From the NCBI GenBank assembly GCA_947476405.1, contig CANJQG010000007.1, positions 447 to 64,446 of the forward strand: 64,000 nucleotides of DNA. Direction: 5' to 3'. Made by a program: the position numbers and the translations under genes. This DNA comes from Thiotrichales bacterium. GTDB lineage: Bacteria > Pseudomonadota > Gammaproteobacteria > Francisellales > CACEW01. Of the stretch, positions 11,765-21,104 are shown piece after piece (within the stretch, counting starts at the first letter, position 1; each line of letters starts with the position of its first letter). A model generated the notes under the pieces. The model worked only from the letters and a program-made list of their open reading frames with translations, was not told where the DNA came from and made no database searches.

Positions 11765-12748
11765 ATGGTAAAAGAAATGGATGATATTTTAAAGCCTAAT
11801 ATGGTGGAAGTGAAAGAAGTCACTCAAAACCGTTATAATGTGGTTTTGGAGCCTCTTGAAAGAGGTTTTGGTCATACTTTGGGCAATGCATTGCGTAGAA
11901 TTCTATTGTCATCGCTGCCTGGTGCTGCCATCACTGAAGTCACGATTGATAAAGTTTTACATGAATTTTCTGCGGTAGATGGCGTCAAGGAAGATGTGGT
12001 AGAAATCGTCTTGAACCTAAAAGGAGTGGCGATTCAATTTGATGGCGATGCGCCACAGGCTAAATTAACGCTTCATAAAAAAGGTGAGGGCATCGTTAAA
12101 GCTGGAGACATTATCACTACAGCTGATATTACGATTATGAACCCTGATCATATCATTGCATACGTCACTAAAAATGGTGAATTAAAAATGAATTTGACTG
12201 TTTCGCGCGGGATGGGCTATGTTCCAGCCCCTACGATTGATAAGAAGTTAAATAAAGAAATTGGTTTGATTTCATTGGATGCTTCTTATAGTCCCATTCG
12301 TAAAGTAAGCTATTCTGTTGAAAATGCACGGGTTGAGCAGCGTACTGATTTAGATAAATTGATTATTGAAATTGAAACCAATGGTACGATTTCACCAGAA
12401 GTTGCAATCCGTCGTGCAGCGACGTTATTGCATGAACAGATCAGCGTTTTTGTTGATTTAGAAGCACCTAAAACTGCACGCTTGCCACAATCTGCTTCAG
12501 GTATTGATCCATTCCTTTTGCGTCCGGTGGATGACTTGGAATTGACCGTTCGTTCAGCTAATTGTTTAAAAGCGGAAGATATTTTTTTCATTGGTGATTT
12601 AGTTCAACGCTCGGAAGCTGAGCTGTTGAAAACGCCTAACTTGGGCAAGAAATCATTAAATGAAATCAAGAGTATTCTGGCCAAACATAATCTGGCTTTG
12701 GGTATGGTTGTTGACAATTGGTCCTCAGAAAATTTAGGTCAAGAGTAA
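11765..12748 (+). CDS. rpoA: DNA-directed RNA polymerase subunit alpha
   Basis: [23 protein letters not shown] is the RpoA signature. The ATG at 11765 has GGAG 6 nt upstream. The ORF track's GTG at 11753 is an alternative start. Confidence 0.96.
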   Translation: MVKEMDDILKPNMVEVKEVTQNRYNVVLEPLERGFGHTLGNALRRILLSSLPGAAITEVTIDKVLHEFSAVDGVKEDVVEIVLNLKGVAIQFDGDAPQAKLTLHKKGEGIVKAGDIITTADITIMNPDHIIAYVTKNGELKMNLTVSRGMGYVPAPTIDKKLNKEIGLISLDASYSPIRKVSYSVENARVEQRTDLDKLIIEIETNGTISPEVAIRRAATLLHEQISVFVDLEAPKTARLPQSASGIDPFLLRPVDDLELTVRSANCLKAEDIFFIGDLVQRSEAELLKTPNLGKKSLNEIKSILAKHNLALGMVVDNWSSENLGQE

Positions 12749-12768
12749 GAATTTAAGGGTAAAATAAA

Positions 12769-13164
12769 ATGCGTCATCAAATGAAAGGTAGAAAGTTCCA
12801 TCGTACATCCAGCGCTCGTAAGGCTTTGTTTAAAAGTCTTGCTATTGCATTGTTTGAACATGAGCTCATTAAAACAACATTGCCTAAAGCCAAGGATATG
12901 CGCTCTATTGTTGAGCCGTTGATTACTTTGGCTAAAGTAGACACCGTCGCTAATCGTCGTTTGGTTTCTGCACGTTTAGGTAATGATGCAGCAGTTAAAA
13001 AGTTGTTTGAAGTGATTGGTCCTCGTTTCAAAGAACGTCAAGGGGGATATACCCGTGTTTTGAAATGTGGTTTTCGTAAAGGCGATGCCGCTCCCATGGC
13101 GTATATCGAATTAGTCGATCGCCCTGATGTTGAAGCAGTTGTGGATGCATCCGAAGAAGCATAA
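12769..13164 (+). CDS. rplQ: 50S ribosomal protein L17
   Basis: 131 aa. [21 protein letters not shown] and [27 protein letters not shown] are L17-like. Confidence 0.97.
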   Translation: MRHQMKGRKFHRTSSARKALFKSLAIALFEHELIKTTLPKAKDMRSIVEPLITLAKVDTVANRRLVSARLGNDAAVKKLFEVIGPRFKERQGGYTRVLKCGFRKGDAAPMAYIELVDRPDVEAVVDASEEA

Positions 13165-13852
13165 ATCTAGTGCATTTGTTATACACCGTTATCCTTATCA
13201 GGATAGCGGTTTTTTATTAAAAATTTTTAGTCAAGAAATGGGCTTATTAACCTTAGTTGCTGCACATGCTAAACGGCCAAAGTCAGCCTGGTATGGTATT
13301 CTTCAGCCCTTTCAACCTTTGCTGATTCAAATTAAAGGAGAGGGTGAGGTTCAAGGCCTCAAGCAAGCAGAGCCTGCTGATGCTGCGTTTATTTTGCAAG
13401 GCGATGCCCTCTGGTCTGGCTTTTATTTGAATGAATTATTATTGTCTTTCTTAATGCCACATGATCCTCATCCTGACTTGTTTAATGCCTATCAGGTTGT
13501 ATTGTCTGCTTTGCAAAGCCCTGATTCTGATAAGGCTTTACGTTTTTTTGAACTTTGTCTTTTTCGGGAAATGGGTTTCTTGTTTGATCTTCCAGATGAA
13601 ATTATTCCAGATTTCTATTATCAACTTCAACCACATGATCTGCCCCAGTTGGTTGATTCAGATTTTGCGCTTAAATTGCCAACCTGCTTTCGCGGTGCGG
13701 ATTTGCTGTCGATTTATAAGGCAAAATTGGATAATGAACATATCCTAAAAGTTGCTAAACGGTTCTCACGCATTCATTTGGATTTTTATCTTCCAAAAGC
13801 ACAGTTAAAGACGCGTGAAATTTTTAAAGCATTAGCTTTAAAGGAGGATTGA
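13145..13852 (+). CDS. recO: DNA repair protein RecO
   Basis: The protein is colinear with E. coli RecO (AFVIHRYPY.., [52 protein letters not shown]). The start is uncertain: ATG at 13145 or 13127. Both overlap the rplQ 3' end. Confidence 0.85.
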   Translation: MHPKKHKSSAFVIHRYPYQDSGFLLKIFSQEMGLLTLVAAHAKRPKSAWYGILQPFQPLLIQIKGEGEVQGLKQAEPADAAFILQGDALWSGFYLNELLLSFLMPHDPHPDLFNAYQVVLSALQSPDSDKALRFFELCLFREMGFLFDLPDEIIPDFYYQLQPHDLPQLVDSDFALKLPTCFRGADLLSIYKAKLDNEHILKVAKRFSRIHLDFYLPKAQLKTREIFKALALKED

Positions 13853-13853
13853 C

Positions 13854-14384
13854 TTGAAAAAATTGTTTATGATCATGATTTTTTTCATTTTGTCTGGCTG
13901 TATAAGTGTCCCGCAAAAATCAACTTCGACGGGAGCTATTGAGCTACAAGGCCTATTTGCTATCGTAACGCCGAAATCTAATCAATCAGGTCATTTTATC
14001 TGGGAGCAAGCAGGCTCCGCCGATTTTTCTCTTGAGCTCTATGGGCCATTAGGTTTGGGAGCAACCACCTTGATTCAGCAAAATGGCTTGGTTACACTAG
14101 AAACAGATCAAGGTAAAAAATATACAGCCACTTCTCCTGAAGCGCTATTGCAAAATACCCTAGGTTGGTCGATGCCGATTCACGGGATGCTTTATTGGTT
14201 GTTGGGCATTCCCGTTCCCACGGTTCCCTTTTCTGCCCAATATAACGCCGTAAAGCAAATCTCAGATTTGACGCAGTCTGGCTGGCAGATTCACTATCAA
14301 TGGGGGGTGGGTGCTATTTATCCAGAGCGAATTGTCATGCAACGTCAAAGTATACGTTTGATTGTTCTTATCAGCTCATCTTAA
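13854..14384 (+). CDS. lolB: outer-membrane lipoprotein LolB
   Basis: TTG start with AAGGAGG 6 nt upstream. It has a lipoprotein signal with lipobox LSGC. The body is LolB-like (LELYGPLGLGA..., GWSMPIHGMLYWLLGIP). Confidence 0.8.
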   Translation: MKKLFMIMIFFILSGCISVPQKSTSTGAIELQGLFAIVTPKSNQSGHFIWEQAGSADFSLELYGPLGLGATTLIQQNGLVTLETDQGKKYTATSPEALLQNTLGWSMPIHGMLYWLLGIPVPTVPFSAQYNAVKQISDLTQSGWQIHYQWGVGAIYPERIVMQRQSIRLIVLISSS

Positions 14385-15016
14385 ATAACGTAAGCCAGTT
14401 GAATCATAACGCGTGCCTGCACTTTCATAATGCTCTTCATGAGGCTGGATAATTCAACCGCGCCGAGAGCATGTGCATTTTTCGCATGACGAGCTTCATC
14501 TTCTTGCATGACGCTAATAATGGCACGACTTTTATGATCTTGCGGTGATAAAAACTGTTGGTGATTTTGAAGATGTTCGAGTACTTGCTTTTCGGTTTCT
14601 TCTACAAATCCGAGGCTGAGTGAGTCATTTTTTTTAGCGCTTAAATAGCCTAGTAAAAATGAAAAAGTATACCAAATAGGGTTTAAATAGCTGACCTTTG
14701 TATTGAGCTCATTTAAACGTTCATGACACCAAAGTAAATGATCGACTTCCTCTGTGGCAGCTTGATGCAGATGTGATTTTAACTCGGCATTGCCTGTCGC
14801 TAAGGCTTGCCCGCGATAAAGAGCTTGTGCACAGACTTCGCCGGTATGGTTGACGCGCATGCAGCCTTGGCTTACCTTGATTTCGGTCGGAGTTAATTCA
14901 GGGTTAATACGGCTTTTTCCAGGTGAGATGTGCCTGCCTAAAAATTGATGGAGCATGGTATCAAGGCCATGTTGGACTTCTATCAGAAAAAAATCGACTT
15001 TTCGAAATTGACGCAT
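14381..15016 (-). CDS. coq7: demethoxyubiquinone hydroxylase (Coq7 family di-iron protein)
   Basis: 211 aa. RVNHTGEVCAQALYRGQ and EEVDHLLWC...EDEARH are di-iron ligand motifs typical of Coq7. Confidence 0.85.
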   Translation of the reverse strand: MRQFRKVDFFLIEVQHGLDTMLHQFLGRHISPGKSRINPELTPTEIKVSQGCMRVNHTGEVCAQALYRGQALATGNAELKSHLHQAATEEVDHLLWCHERLNELNTKVSYLNPIWYTFSFLLGYLSAKKNDSLSLGFVEETEKQVLEHLQNHQQFLSPQDHKSRAIISVMQEDEARHAKNAHALGAVELSSLMKSIMKVQARVMIQLAYVI

Positions 15017-15040
15017 AGCAAAGGATCCTTATTTTGACTT

Positions 15041-15070
15041 AAAAAAATCCCCGCCAAAGCAGGGATTTTT
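15041..15070 (-). terminator. rho-independent terminator downstream of the RRM protein gene
   Basis: On the minus strand ATCCCTGC-TTTG-GCGGGGAT forms an 8-bp stem including one G-U pair. It is followed by a run of 7 T. It starts 20 nt after the stop codon. Confidence 0.7.
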
Positions 15071-15086
15071 AGTATCAGTAGACCGA

Positions 15087-15566
15087 TTAGTAGCTGCTTC
15101 TTCCGCCGCTATCTCCTCTGCCGCCGCCATCACGACCACCGCCGTAACCGCCGCCGTTTCCGCCACCAGAGCGTCCGCCGCCGTAACCGCCGCCATTACC
15201 ACCACCGTAACCGCCGCCGTTTCCGCCACCAGAGCGTCCGCCGCCGTAACCGCCGCCATTGCCGCCACCGCCGTAGCTTCCACCGCCAGAGCGACCACCA
15301 CTGCCACCAGAGCGTGATTCTTGTGGGCGAGCTAAGGAAACGATAATATTTCGTCCTTCCATGCTAGCACCATTTAATTTTTCGATTGCTTGTGTTGCTT
15401 CTTCAGCAGTTGACATTTCGACAAAGCCGAAGCCTTTGCTGCGACCATCTTCATTATTGATGATCACTTTAGCGGAAACGACTTGACCGATTTCAGCAAA
15501 AATGCCTTGAAGGTCTTGGTCTTGCACGGTGTAGGGCAATGAGCCTACAAATAACTTTTTAGTCAT
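15087..15566 (-). CDS. RRM-type RNA-binding protein with glycine-rich (GGY/RGG) C-terminal tail
   Basis: RNP-2 (LFVGSL) and RNP-1 (KGFGFVEM) motifs lie in aa 1-82. Residues 85-159 are GGGNGGGYGGGRSGG-type repeats. Confidence 0.9.
   Translation of the reverse strand: MTKKLFVGSLPYTVQDQDLQGIFAEIGQVVSAKVIINNEDGRSKGFGFVEMSTAEEATQAIEKLNGASMEGRNIIVSLARPQESRSGGSGGRSGGGSYGGGGNGGGYGGGRSGGGNGGGYGGGNGGGYGGGRSGGGNGGGYGGGRDGGGRGDSGGRSSY
15090..15314 (-). repeat. in-frame tandem repeat encoding the Gly-rich tail (about 45-nt unit GGGNGGGYGGGRSGG, about 3 copies plus degenerate flanks)
   Basis: Repeated ccgccgccgtaaccgccgcc... blocks are visible at 15130-15290. Confidence 0.8.
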
Positions 15567-15655
15567 GAATTATCCTTTATTTTACTTTAACACCCTTCAG
15601 AATCAGAACACAAACTCACAAAGGCAACTTATCCTGCTTTTTGCAAGATCGGGGC

Positions 15656-15683
15656 AGTATACCATCTTTTTGTCAAAGTACAA
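15656..15683 (-). promoter_or_regulatory. candidate promoter for the RRM protein gene (TTGTAC-16-TGgTATACT)
   Basis: Read on the minus strand. It would give a leader of about 90 nt. Confidence 0.3.
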
Positions 15684-15697
15684 AACATAATCGAGTG

Positions 15698-18202
15698 TTA
15701 AGCCCCTAATGCTTGGGTAATAATTTCGGTTAAATCAGGAGAGAGGGATGGGGTCTTCCGTAATTTTAGTATTTCGGAACGCATGAGGTCTGCATAAGGG
15801 GCTTCATAATGATTATAACTAATCAGTGTTTTAGTGAGTCTGGCCGCCACCATTGGATTCATTGCATCTAGTTTGGAAATAAAAGCACCCAGTAACGCGT
15901 AGCCTGCTCCATTTTTTTGATGAAACTGATAAAAATTTTGTGCGAACGTTAAGACTAAGCTATAGACTTTATTCGGGTTCTTCCAGTTGAAAGCTGGATG
16001 CATCATGAGCAGAGAGACATTTTTAACTGTATCAGGCATTTTACTTGCAGCTTGAACAGCAAACCACTTATCCACAACAAGGGGATATTTTTGATAAAGG
16101 GTATAAAATTGGTTAATATAATCTGTCTTGAAAGGCGCATTTGAGTTGACAATAGCAGTCAGTGCACCTAAACGATCTGTCATATTTTGAGCCTGATCAA
16201 ATTGGGTTTTAGCCTCTGTATATTCGCCCGCAGCGCAGAGATGCATAAGACACATATTTTTGAGACTGCGATCGCCTACGCTATCATGCTGGTCAGTGTT
16301 CTGATAAATTGATTTAAATTCGGAAATTAAGTGCGTATTGATCATTTGAAGCAAGGTTTCGCGTGATTGAATCAAGATTTCAGGGTTAATTTTAGATTGC
16401 ATTTCAGCCAGAGACTTAATGCTGGGGATGCTAATCAGTTCCGCCACTAAAGCAGGATTTTTTGAGGCTTCTTTTAAAATGGTGCGAATCGGTGCCAGGG
16501 CTTTAGAGGGATCCGCTTCATGCAAAATAATTTGTGCCATAAAGCGCTGGCCTGCATCCCAGCGATTGAATAAATTAGAGTCATATTCCCACAGCAGGGC
16601 AAGCTCTTCCAAGTGATAATCATAAAAAAGTTTCACGGGGGCAGAAAAGTCACGCAGTAAAGAGGGGATGGGGTGCTCCGTCACATTTTCCAAAACCAGT
16701 TGCGCTTTTTGTTCTTTTAAGCTGTAAATCAGCTCATCGCCAATGGGGTGCCCTGTTTTGCTGAGCAAGCCCAGTTTGATGGGAATATGGAAGAGGCGGT
16801 CTTGCTCAAAATAAAGTGTAAATGTTTTAGCCTGGGGGTTGTAGAGGCTTTTAACTTTGACAATCGGGGTCCCTGCCTCGCTGTACCAATTTTTGAAAAG
16901 GCTGAAATCGACTTGATTGGCATCTTCCATGGCTTTGACAAAATCATCGCAGGTAACGGCTTGTCCATCGTGACGTTCGAAATATAAGTCCATTCCTTTG
17001 CGAAAGCCAGGCTCGCCCAAAAGGGTATGCTGCATTCGAATGACTTCAGAGCCTTTCTCATAAACAGTAACCGTGTAAAAATTATTCATTTCGACATAGG
17101 AATCAGGGCGAATTGGATGCGCCATGGGGCTTGCATCTTCTGCAAACTGGCTAGAGCGAAGGGTATTGACTTCGGAGATGCGTTTTAAAGTCCGGCCATG
17201 ATAATCCGCGGTAAATTCATGTTCACGGAATACGGTCAGGCCTTCCTTTAAGCTGAGCTGAAACCAGTCCCGGCAGGTGACGCGATTACCAGTCCAATTG
17301 TGAAAATATTCATGTCCAATGACTGCTTGCACAAGTTGATAATCCATGTCTGTCGAGAGCGCATGATTAACCAAAATATATTTTGTATTGAATACATTCA
17401 GGCCTTTATTTTCCATTGCCCCCATGTTGAAATCTTCCGCTGCAACAATCATGTAGACATCTAAGTCATATTCACGTCCAAAGCGTTTTTCATCCCAGCT
17501 CATTGCGTCTTTCATGGCCTGTAAGCCATATTCGCATTGATTAATGGAAGTGGGGTCACTATAGATTTCGAGTTGCACGGTGCGACCGCTCATGGTCACA
17601 AAAGGGGTGGAAATTTTGGATAAATTGCCTGCAACTACAGCAAATAAATAAGACGGTTTTTTGAAAGGATCGTGCCATACTGCAAAATGACGGTGCGCGC
17701 CAACAGGGCCTTGTTCAATCAAATTGCCGTTTGATAATAAGATGGGATAGCGCGACCGATCAGCAATAATTTTAGTGGTAAATAAAGTCATGACATCTGG
17801 CCGATCTAGATAAAAGGTAATGCGTCTGAAGCCATGTGGCTCACACTGTGTGCAGAAGATGCCCCCTGATTTGTAGAGGCCTTCCAGTTTGGTGTTGGAT
17901 TCTGGATGGATGCGTGAAACAATGGTTAAGGTAAAGGCTTGTGGCAGATGATGAAGGGTCAGCGCTGTATCGGTCCATTCATAGTTTTTAGAGTCAATAT
18001 GCTGATCGTTTAATTTTAAAGTGAAAAGCTCTTGATCTTCCCCATCTAAAACCAGCGGGATCTCTGCTGAAATAGCCTTTTCCCGGACCATCTGCATGAC
18101 ATTCGTAACCAAGGTTTCATGTTCTTGAATATCGAACGTGAGATGTGTAGATAAAATGGCATAATCAGACGGTTTATAATCTTTACGATAGTGAATATTC
18201 AA
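15698..18202 (-). CDS. pepN: aminopeptidase N (M1 family)
   Basis: 834 aa. It has the GAMENKGLN exopeptidase motif and HEYFHNWTGNRVT...LSLKEGLT (HEXXH-E zinc site). Confidence 0.97.
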   Translation of the reverse strand: MNIHYRKDYKPSDYAILSTHLTFDIQEHETLVTNVMQMVREKAISAEIPLVLDGEDQELFTLKLNDQHIDSKNYEWTDTALTLHHLPQAFTLTIVSRIHPESNTKLEGLYKSGGIFCTQCEPHGFRRITFYLDRPDVMTLFTTKIIADRSRYPILLSNGNLIEQGPVGAHRHFAVWHDPFKKPSYLFAVVAGNLSKISTPFVTMSGRTVQLEIYSDPTSINQCEYGLQAMKDAMSWDEKRFGREYDLDVYMIVAAEDFNMGAMENKGLNVFNTKYILVNHALSTDMDYQLVQAVIGHEYFHNWTGNRVTCRDWFQLSLKEGLTVFREHEFTADYHGRTLKRISEVNTLRSSQFAEDASPMAHPIRPDSYVEMNNFYTVTVYEKGSEVIRMQHTLLGEPGFRKGMDLYFERHDGQAVTCDDFVKAMEDANQVDFSLFKNWYSEAGTPIVKVKSLYNPQAKTFTLYFEQDRLFHIPIKLGLLSKTGHPIGDELIYSLKEQKAQLVLENVTEHPIPSLLRDFSAPVKLFYDYHLEELALLWEYDSNLFNRWDAGQRFMAQIILHEADPSKALAPIRTILKEASKNPALVAELISIPSIKSLAEMQSKINPEILIQSRETLLQMINTHLISEFKSIYQNTDQHDSVGDRSLKNMCLMHLCAAGEYTEAKTQFDQAQNMTDRLGALTAIVNSNAPFKTDYINQFYTLYQKYPLVVDKWFAVQAASKMPDTVKNVSLLMMHPAFNWKNPNKVYSLVLTFAQNFYQFHQKNGAGYALLGAFISKLDAMNPMVAARLTKTLISYNHYEAPYADLMRSEILKLRKTPSLSPDLTEIITQALGA

Positions 18203-18273
18203 TGCTGTTTCCTTGGTTTTTCTAAGAATAAATTATAATATAAAAGCAGATGCGGCGCCACTTAGGAGAAGGT

Positions 18274-19029
18274 ATGTTATTAAAGCAGATTGTAGATTCA
18301 TTAAATAATTTTTTAAAATCAGAGGACATTGCGGATTATTGTCCTAATGGCTTGCAGATTGCTAACTCTGGCGTGGTTCATAAAGTCTGTACTGCAGTGA
18401 CTGCATCCCTTGAAGCAATAGAAGGTGCCGCGCAGTTAGGTGCCAATTTATTGCTGGTACATCATGGGTATTTTTGGAAAGGCGAGAGCCATCCGATTGT
18501 GGATATGAAATATCATCGGATTGCCGCTTTGATGAAGCATGATATCGCGTTGGTGGCGTATCATTTGCCACTCGATATTCACCCAGTATTAGGTAATAAT
18601 GCGGAGATCGGTCGACATTTGGGCTTGAAAATCAAGGAGTGGGGGCGGCCAGATGGGCGCTTGCCTTTGGTTGCCTTGTCTGAATACCCAGAAGGGCAAG
18701 ATTTGGATCGTGTTGTCCAGCAATGTGAGCTTATATTTCGTCGCACACCGCTGGTCATCGCTGGGGGGACTCATCCCATTCGTCGTATTACGTGGTGTAG
18801 TGGTGGCGCACAGGATTATATTTTAGAGGCTAAAAAAATGGGTGCGGATGCCTATATTTCAGGTGAGGTCTCTGAGCGTACGTATTATCAAGCGCGTGAG
18901 CTGGGGATTCATTATCTCGCCTGCGGGCATCATGCTACAGAGCGCTTTGGAATTCAGGCTTTAGGCGAATGGTTGCACCAGCAATTTAAGTTGCCTGTGA
19001 CGTTTTTAGAGAGTGAGAATCCTGTTTAA
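18274..19029 (+). CDS. Nif3-like dinuclear metal center protein (YbgI family)
   Basis: CPNGLQI, TAVTAS, LLLVHHGYFWKGE and YHLPLDIHPVLGNNA match E. coli YbgI. The ATG at 18274 is preceded by GGAGAAGG. The ORF track start 18250 is an alternative. Confidence 0.88.
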   Translation: MLLKQIVDSLNNFLKSEDIADYCPNGLQIANSGVVHKVCTAVTASLEAIEGAAQLGANLLLVHHGYFWKGESHPIVDMKYHRIAALMKHDIALVAYHLPLDIHPVLGNNAEIGRHLGLKIKEWGRPDGRLPLVALSEYPEGQDLDRVVQQCELIFRRTPLVIAGGTHPIRRITWCSGGAQDYILEAKKMGADAYISGEVSERTYYQARELGIHYLACGHHATERFGIQALGEWLHQQFKLPVTFLESENPV

Positions 19030-19906
19030 GAATATAGATTGTGCCTGGGAAATCCCAAAATTGTGAATTTAAAATATAGGTTGTGGCAGGGCAATCCAGT
19101 GGGCTTCCGCAGCCTTTAGGGTAAAATTCAATCGAAACGCTGGGTGCACTGCCATTGTGGGGGATGCTTGCAATGAAGGTTGCAAGGGTTCTCGGAGTAT
19201 TGGGGTCAGAGAGGTCTTTGCCTGTTCTGAAGATGCTGTCATTAGAGCCTGCGTGATGGTCATGTGAAAATAACTTGAATTCATTCAGGGTGTATTCGGT
19301 ATTGCTGTTCATCAAGGCACTGATACGATTGTAACGAAGAGTGCTGCCTTCTAGATCACCGATATTATTGGGAAAAAAAGCGGGGAATTCATAATTATTA
19401 GTATGATAGAGAGGGCCTATATTACTGACCGTGACAAAATATTTTCCTTGGGGGGCGAGTTCAATGCTCGCGGTTTGGGTACGATCTGCGAGTAAATAGA
19501 ATTCAGGATAGAGATGCGTGGCAATCAGCAGTGGTAAATGTCCTAAAACTTCAGCGACGGTTTTGTCTTGCGTTAACACGGCGCGCATAAAGGCATCGCC
19601 ATCGGCATAAGACGCATTGGCTGGCGGATTGGGTGTAGCCATATTCACAATGGCCAAACCATATTCATTGATGCCTGAACGTATTATATAAGGCTCATCT
19701 GATTTTTGCTGCGAGACCATTCCTAAAAAAGAATAGCCTTGATTGGGATGAAATGCCACTACACTTTGGATATCAGGATGTTCATCACGGTTTTTGGCAA
19801 TTAATGTTGTTTGATTAGCGCCGTCAACACTGGCAAAGGTTGTGCAAGCGAAAGTGCTTTGCCCGCTGAAGAGTATGATCAATAATGTAGTAAGCAGTTT
19901 TTTCAT
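18986..19906 (-). CDS. secreted Ntn-type amidohydrolase (peptidase C45 / choloylglycine-hydrolase-like)
   Basis: A signal peptide is followed by A-CTTF and then KNRD, the pattern of N-terminal-Cys nucleophile hydrolases. The family call is from motifs only. Confidence 0.55.
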   Translation of the reverse strand: MKKLLTTLLIILFSGQSTFACTTFASVDGANQTTLIAKNRDEHPDIQSVVAFHPNQGYSFLGMVSQQKSDEPYIIRSGINEYGLAIVNMATPNPPANASYADGDAFMRAVLTQDKTVAEVLGHLPLLIATHLYPEFYLLADRTQTASIELAPQGKYFVTVSNIGPLYHTNNYEFPAFFPNNIGDLEGSTLRYNRISALMNSNTEYTLNEFKLFSHDHHAGSNDSIFRTGKDLSDPNTPRTLATFIASIPHNGSAPSVSIEFYPKGCGSPLDCPATTYILNSQFWDFPGTIYILKQDSHSLKTSQAT

Positions 19907-19909
19907 GAT

Positions 19910-20980
19910 TTAGTGCCTGATGTCTTTTTTGATTTGTAAAATAGTATTCAGGGAAATGCCTGTTGATTTTGAGATTAGATCAACATCCGCGTCATTGAGT
20001 AATAAAGACGCAACGATATTGCGGCGCTCCACTTCGCGGCCTTGTTCAATACCTTGTTCAATACCTTGTTCGATGCCCTGTTCGATGCCTTGTTCGATGC
20101 CCTGTTCGATGCCTTGTTCGATGCCCTGTTCGATGCCTTGTTCGATGCCTTGTTCGATGCCTTGTTCATATCCTTCTTGCCTTCCATATTGGAATCCTTG
20201 GATTCTACCTTGTTTTCTTAATTGTTCTCCGTAAGTCATGATGAGTGGCTCCTCTTCTGGTAATTCTTGTAATAATAAGGCAATAAGCTTGTCGGCATTG
20301 TCGTCGTTTCCACATGCTTCGATAAGATAGTGTAACATATTTTGGAGGTAAAAATCATCTTCGATTCGTCGCCAAAGTGAAACAAGTTTTTTGATTTTTC
20401 TCGAAAGCTCGGCATCGCGACAGTGTTTAAAAAGGAATTCCATGAGCGCTGCTTTGCCATGTTGTTCAATTTTTTCATCAGGCAAAATAGTCAGATCAAT
20501 CAAATGAAATGGTTTAAATAAAAATTCTTGCGCGAGCTTAGGATTTTCAAAGCAATCAAACAGATAAGTTGAATGCGGATAGGGTGACTTTTCGCCATGA
20601 TAAAGGCAGATATTAATAATAATGGGTAGTTTTCCCTTATTTTGTTTGATATGTTGCCGCATGAGTGCAACATCATATTCAAGATAGCGAAAGGCCATCA
20701 ATGGGTCGTCAGTTGATTGATGTTCCAGTAAAAAGTACAGATAGCCTAAGTGTCCATCAATTTCAGCTTCATAAATTAAGTCGCTTTCACGGTGCTTCAG
20801 TTTTTTAGATACAAAAGATTTGTCGGTGAGTCGAAGTGTATCCAGATTAATCTTTGCAAGCAGTTCTGCAGGAAGTGTTGACTTTAATAAATCTAGTGTA
20901 ATTTTGACATCCGTACACATCGATTTAAACAGGGCATCATGGGGGTTTTGAATCTGATCAGGCTTTGATTTTTTGGACAT
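19910..20980 (-). CDS. Rpn-family recombination-promoting nuclease / putative transposase (PD-(D/E)XK, YhgA-like) with (QGIE)n tract
   Basis: N-terminal DALFK..., ESDLIYEAEIDG..YLYFLLEHQS and the AFRYLEY pattern are typical of Rpn/YhgA-like proteins. The C-terminus carries 10 QGIE repeats. Confidence 0.75.
   Translation of the reverse strand: MSKKSKPDQIQNPHDALFKSMCTDVKITLDLLKSTLPAELLAKINLDTLRLTDKSFVSKKLKHRESDLIYEAEIDGHLGYLYFLLEHQSTDDPLMAFRYLEYDVALMRQHIKQNKGKLPIIINICLYHGEKSPYPHSTYLFDCFENPKLAQEFLFKPFHLIDLTILPDEKIEQHGKAALMEFLFKHCRDAELSRKIKKLVSLWRRIEDDFYLQNMLHYLIEACGNDDNADKLIALLLQELPEEEPLIMTYGEQLRKQGRIQGFQYGRQEGYEQGIEQGIEQGIEQGIEQGIEQGIEQGIEQGIEQGIEQGIEQGREVERRNIVASLLLNDADVDLISKSTGISLNTILQIKKDIRH
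20033..20164 (-). repeat. 12-nt in-frame tandem repeat, 10 x QGIE + QGRE
   Basis: Alternating ccttgttcgatg / ccctgttcgatg units are visible on the plus strand. Confidence 0.9.
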
Positions 20981-21104
20981 GATTAAGCTTACCTTGTTAA
21001 AATTTGACTATATTATATAAAGTTAATAAAATGGTCAATATGCGGATATACACGAAGGTAAGAGGAATGATAAGATGTCCGAAATATAAAATAGGAATAA
21101 AAAA

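Noticed and set aside
15029-15307. 92-aa ORF (MAVVVALAVEATAV...) on the minus strand, overlapping the Gly-rich tail of the RRM protein gene in another reading frame
   Set aside because: It is a product of reading the GGN-rich tandem repeat in another frame. It has no start context, and the RRM reading frame has clear domain support.
18986-19029. Convergent CDS overlaps: nif3-like versus Ntn-hydrolase (44 nt), and ROK kinase versus brnQ at 25021-25062 (42 nt)
   Set aside because: Both ORF ends appear genuine and such 3'-3' overlaps occur in compact genomes. There is no sign of frameshift or fusion. I noted this only as a possible site of transcriptional interference.
20033-20164. Regular short direct repeats that might be taken for a CRISPR array or minisatellite locus
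   Set aside because: The units are 12 nt, contiguous with no spacers, in frame inside a CDS, and no cas genes are present. This is a coding tandem repeat, not CRISPR. The same applies to 22705-22881 and 15090-15314.
19920-20234. Shadow ORFs across the QGIE repeat: + strand 19920..20234 (PCSMPCSMPCS...) and - strand 19975..20187 (NKASNKASN...)
   Set aside because: These are frame and strand artefacts of a 12-nt tandem repeat. Only the Rpn frame extends into a recognisable domain.
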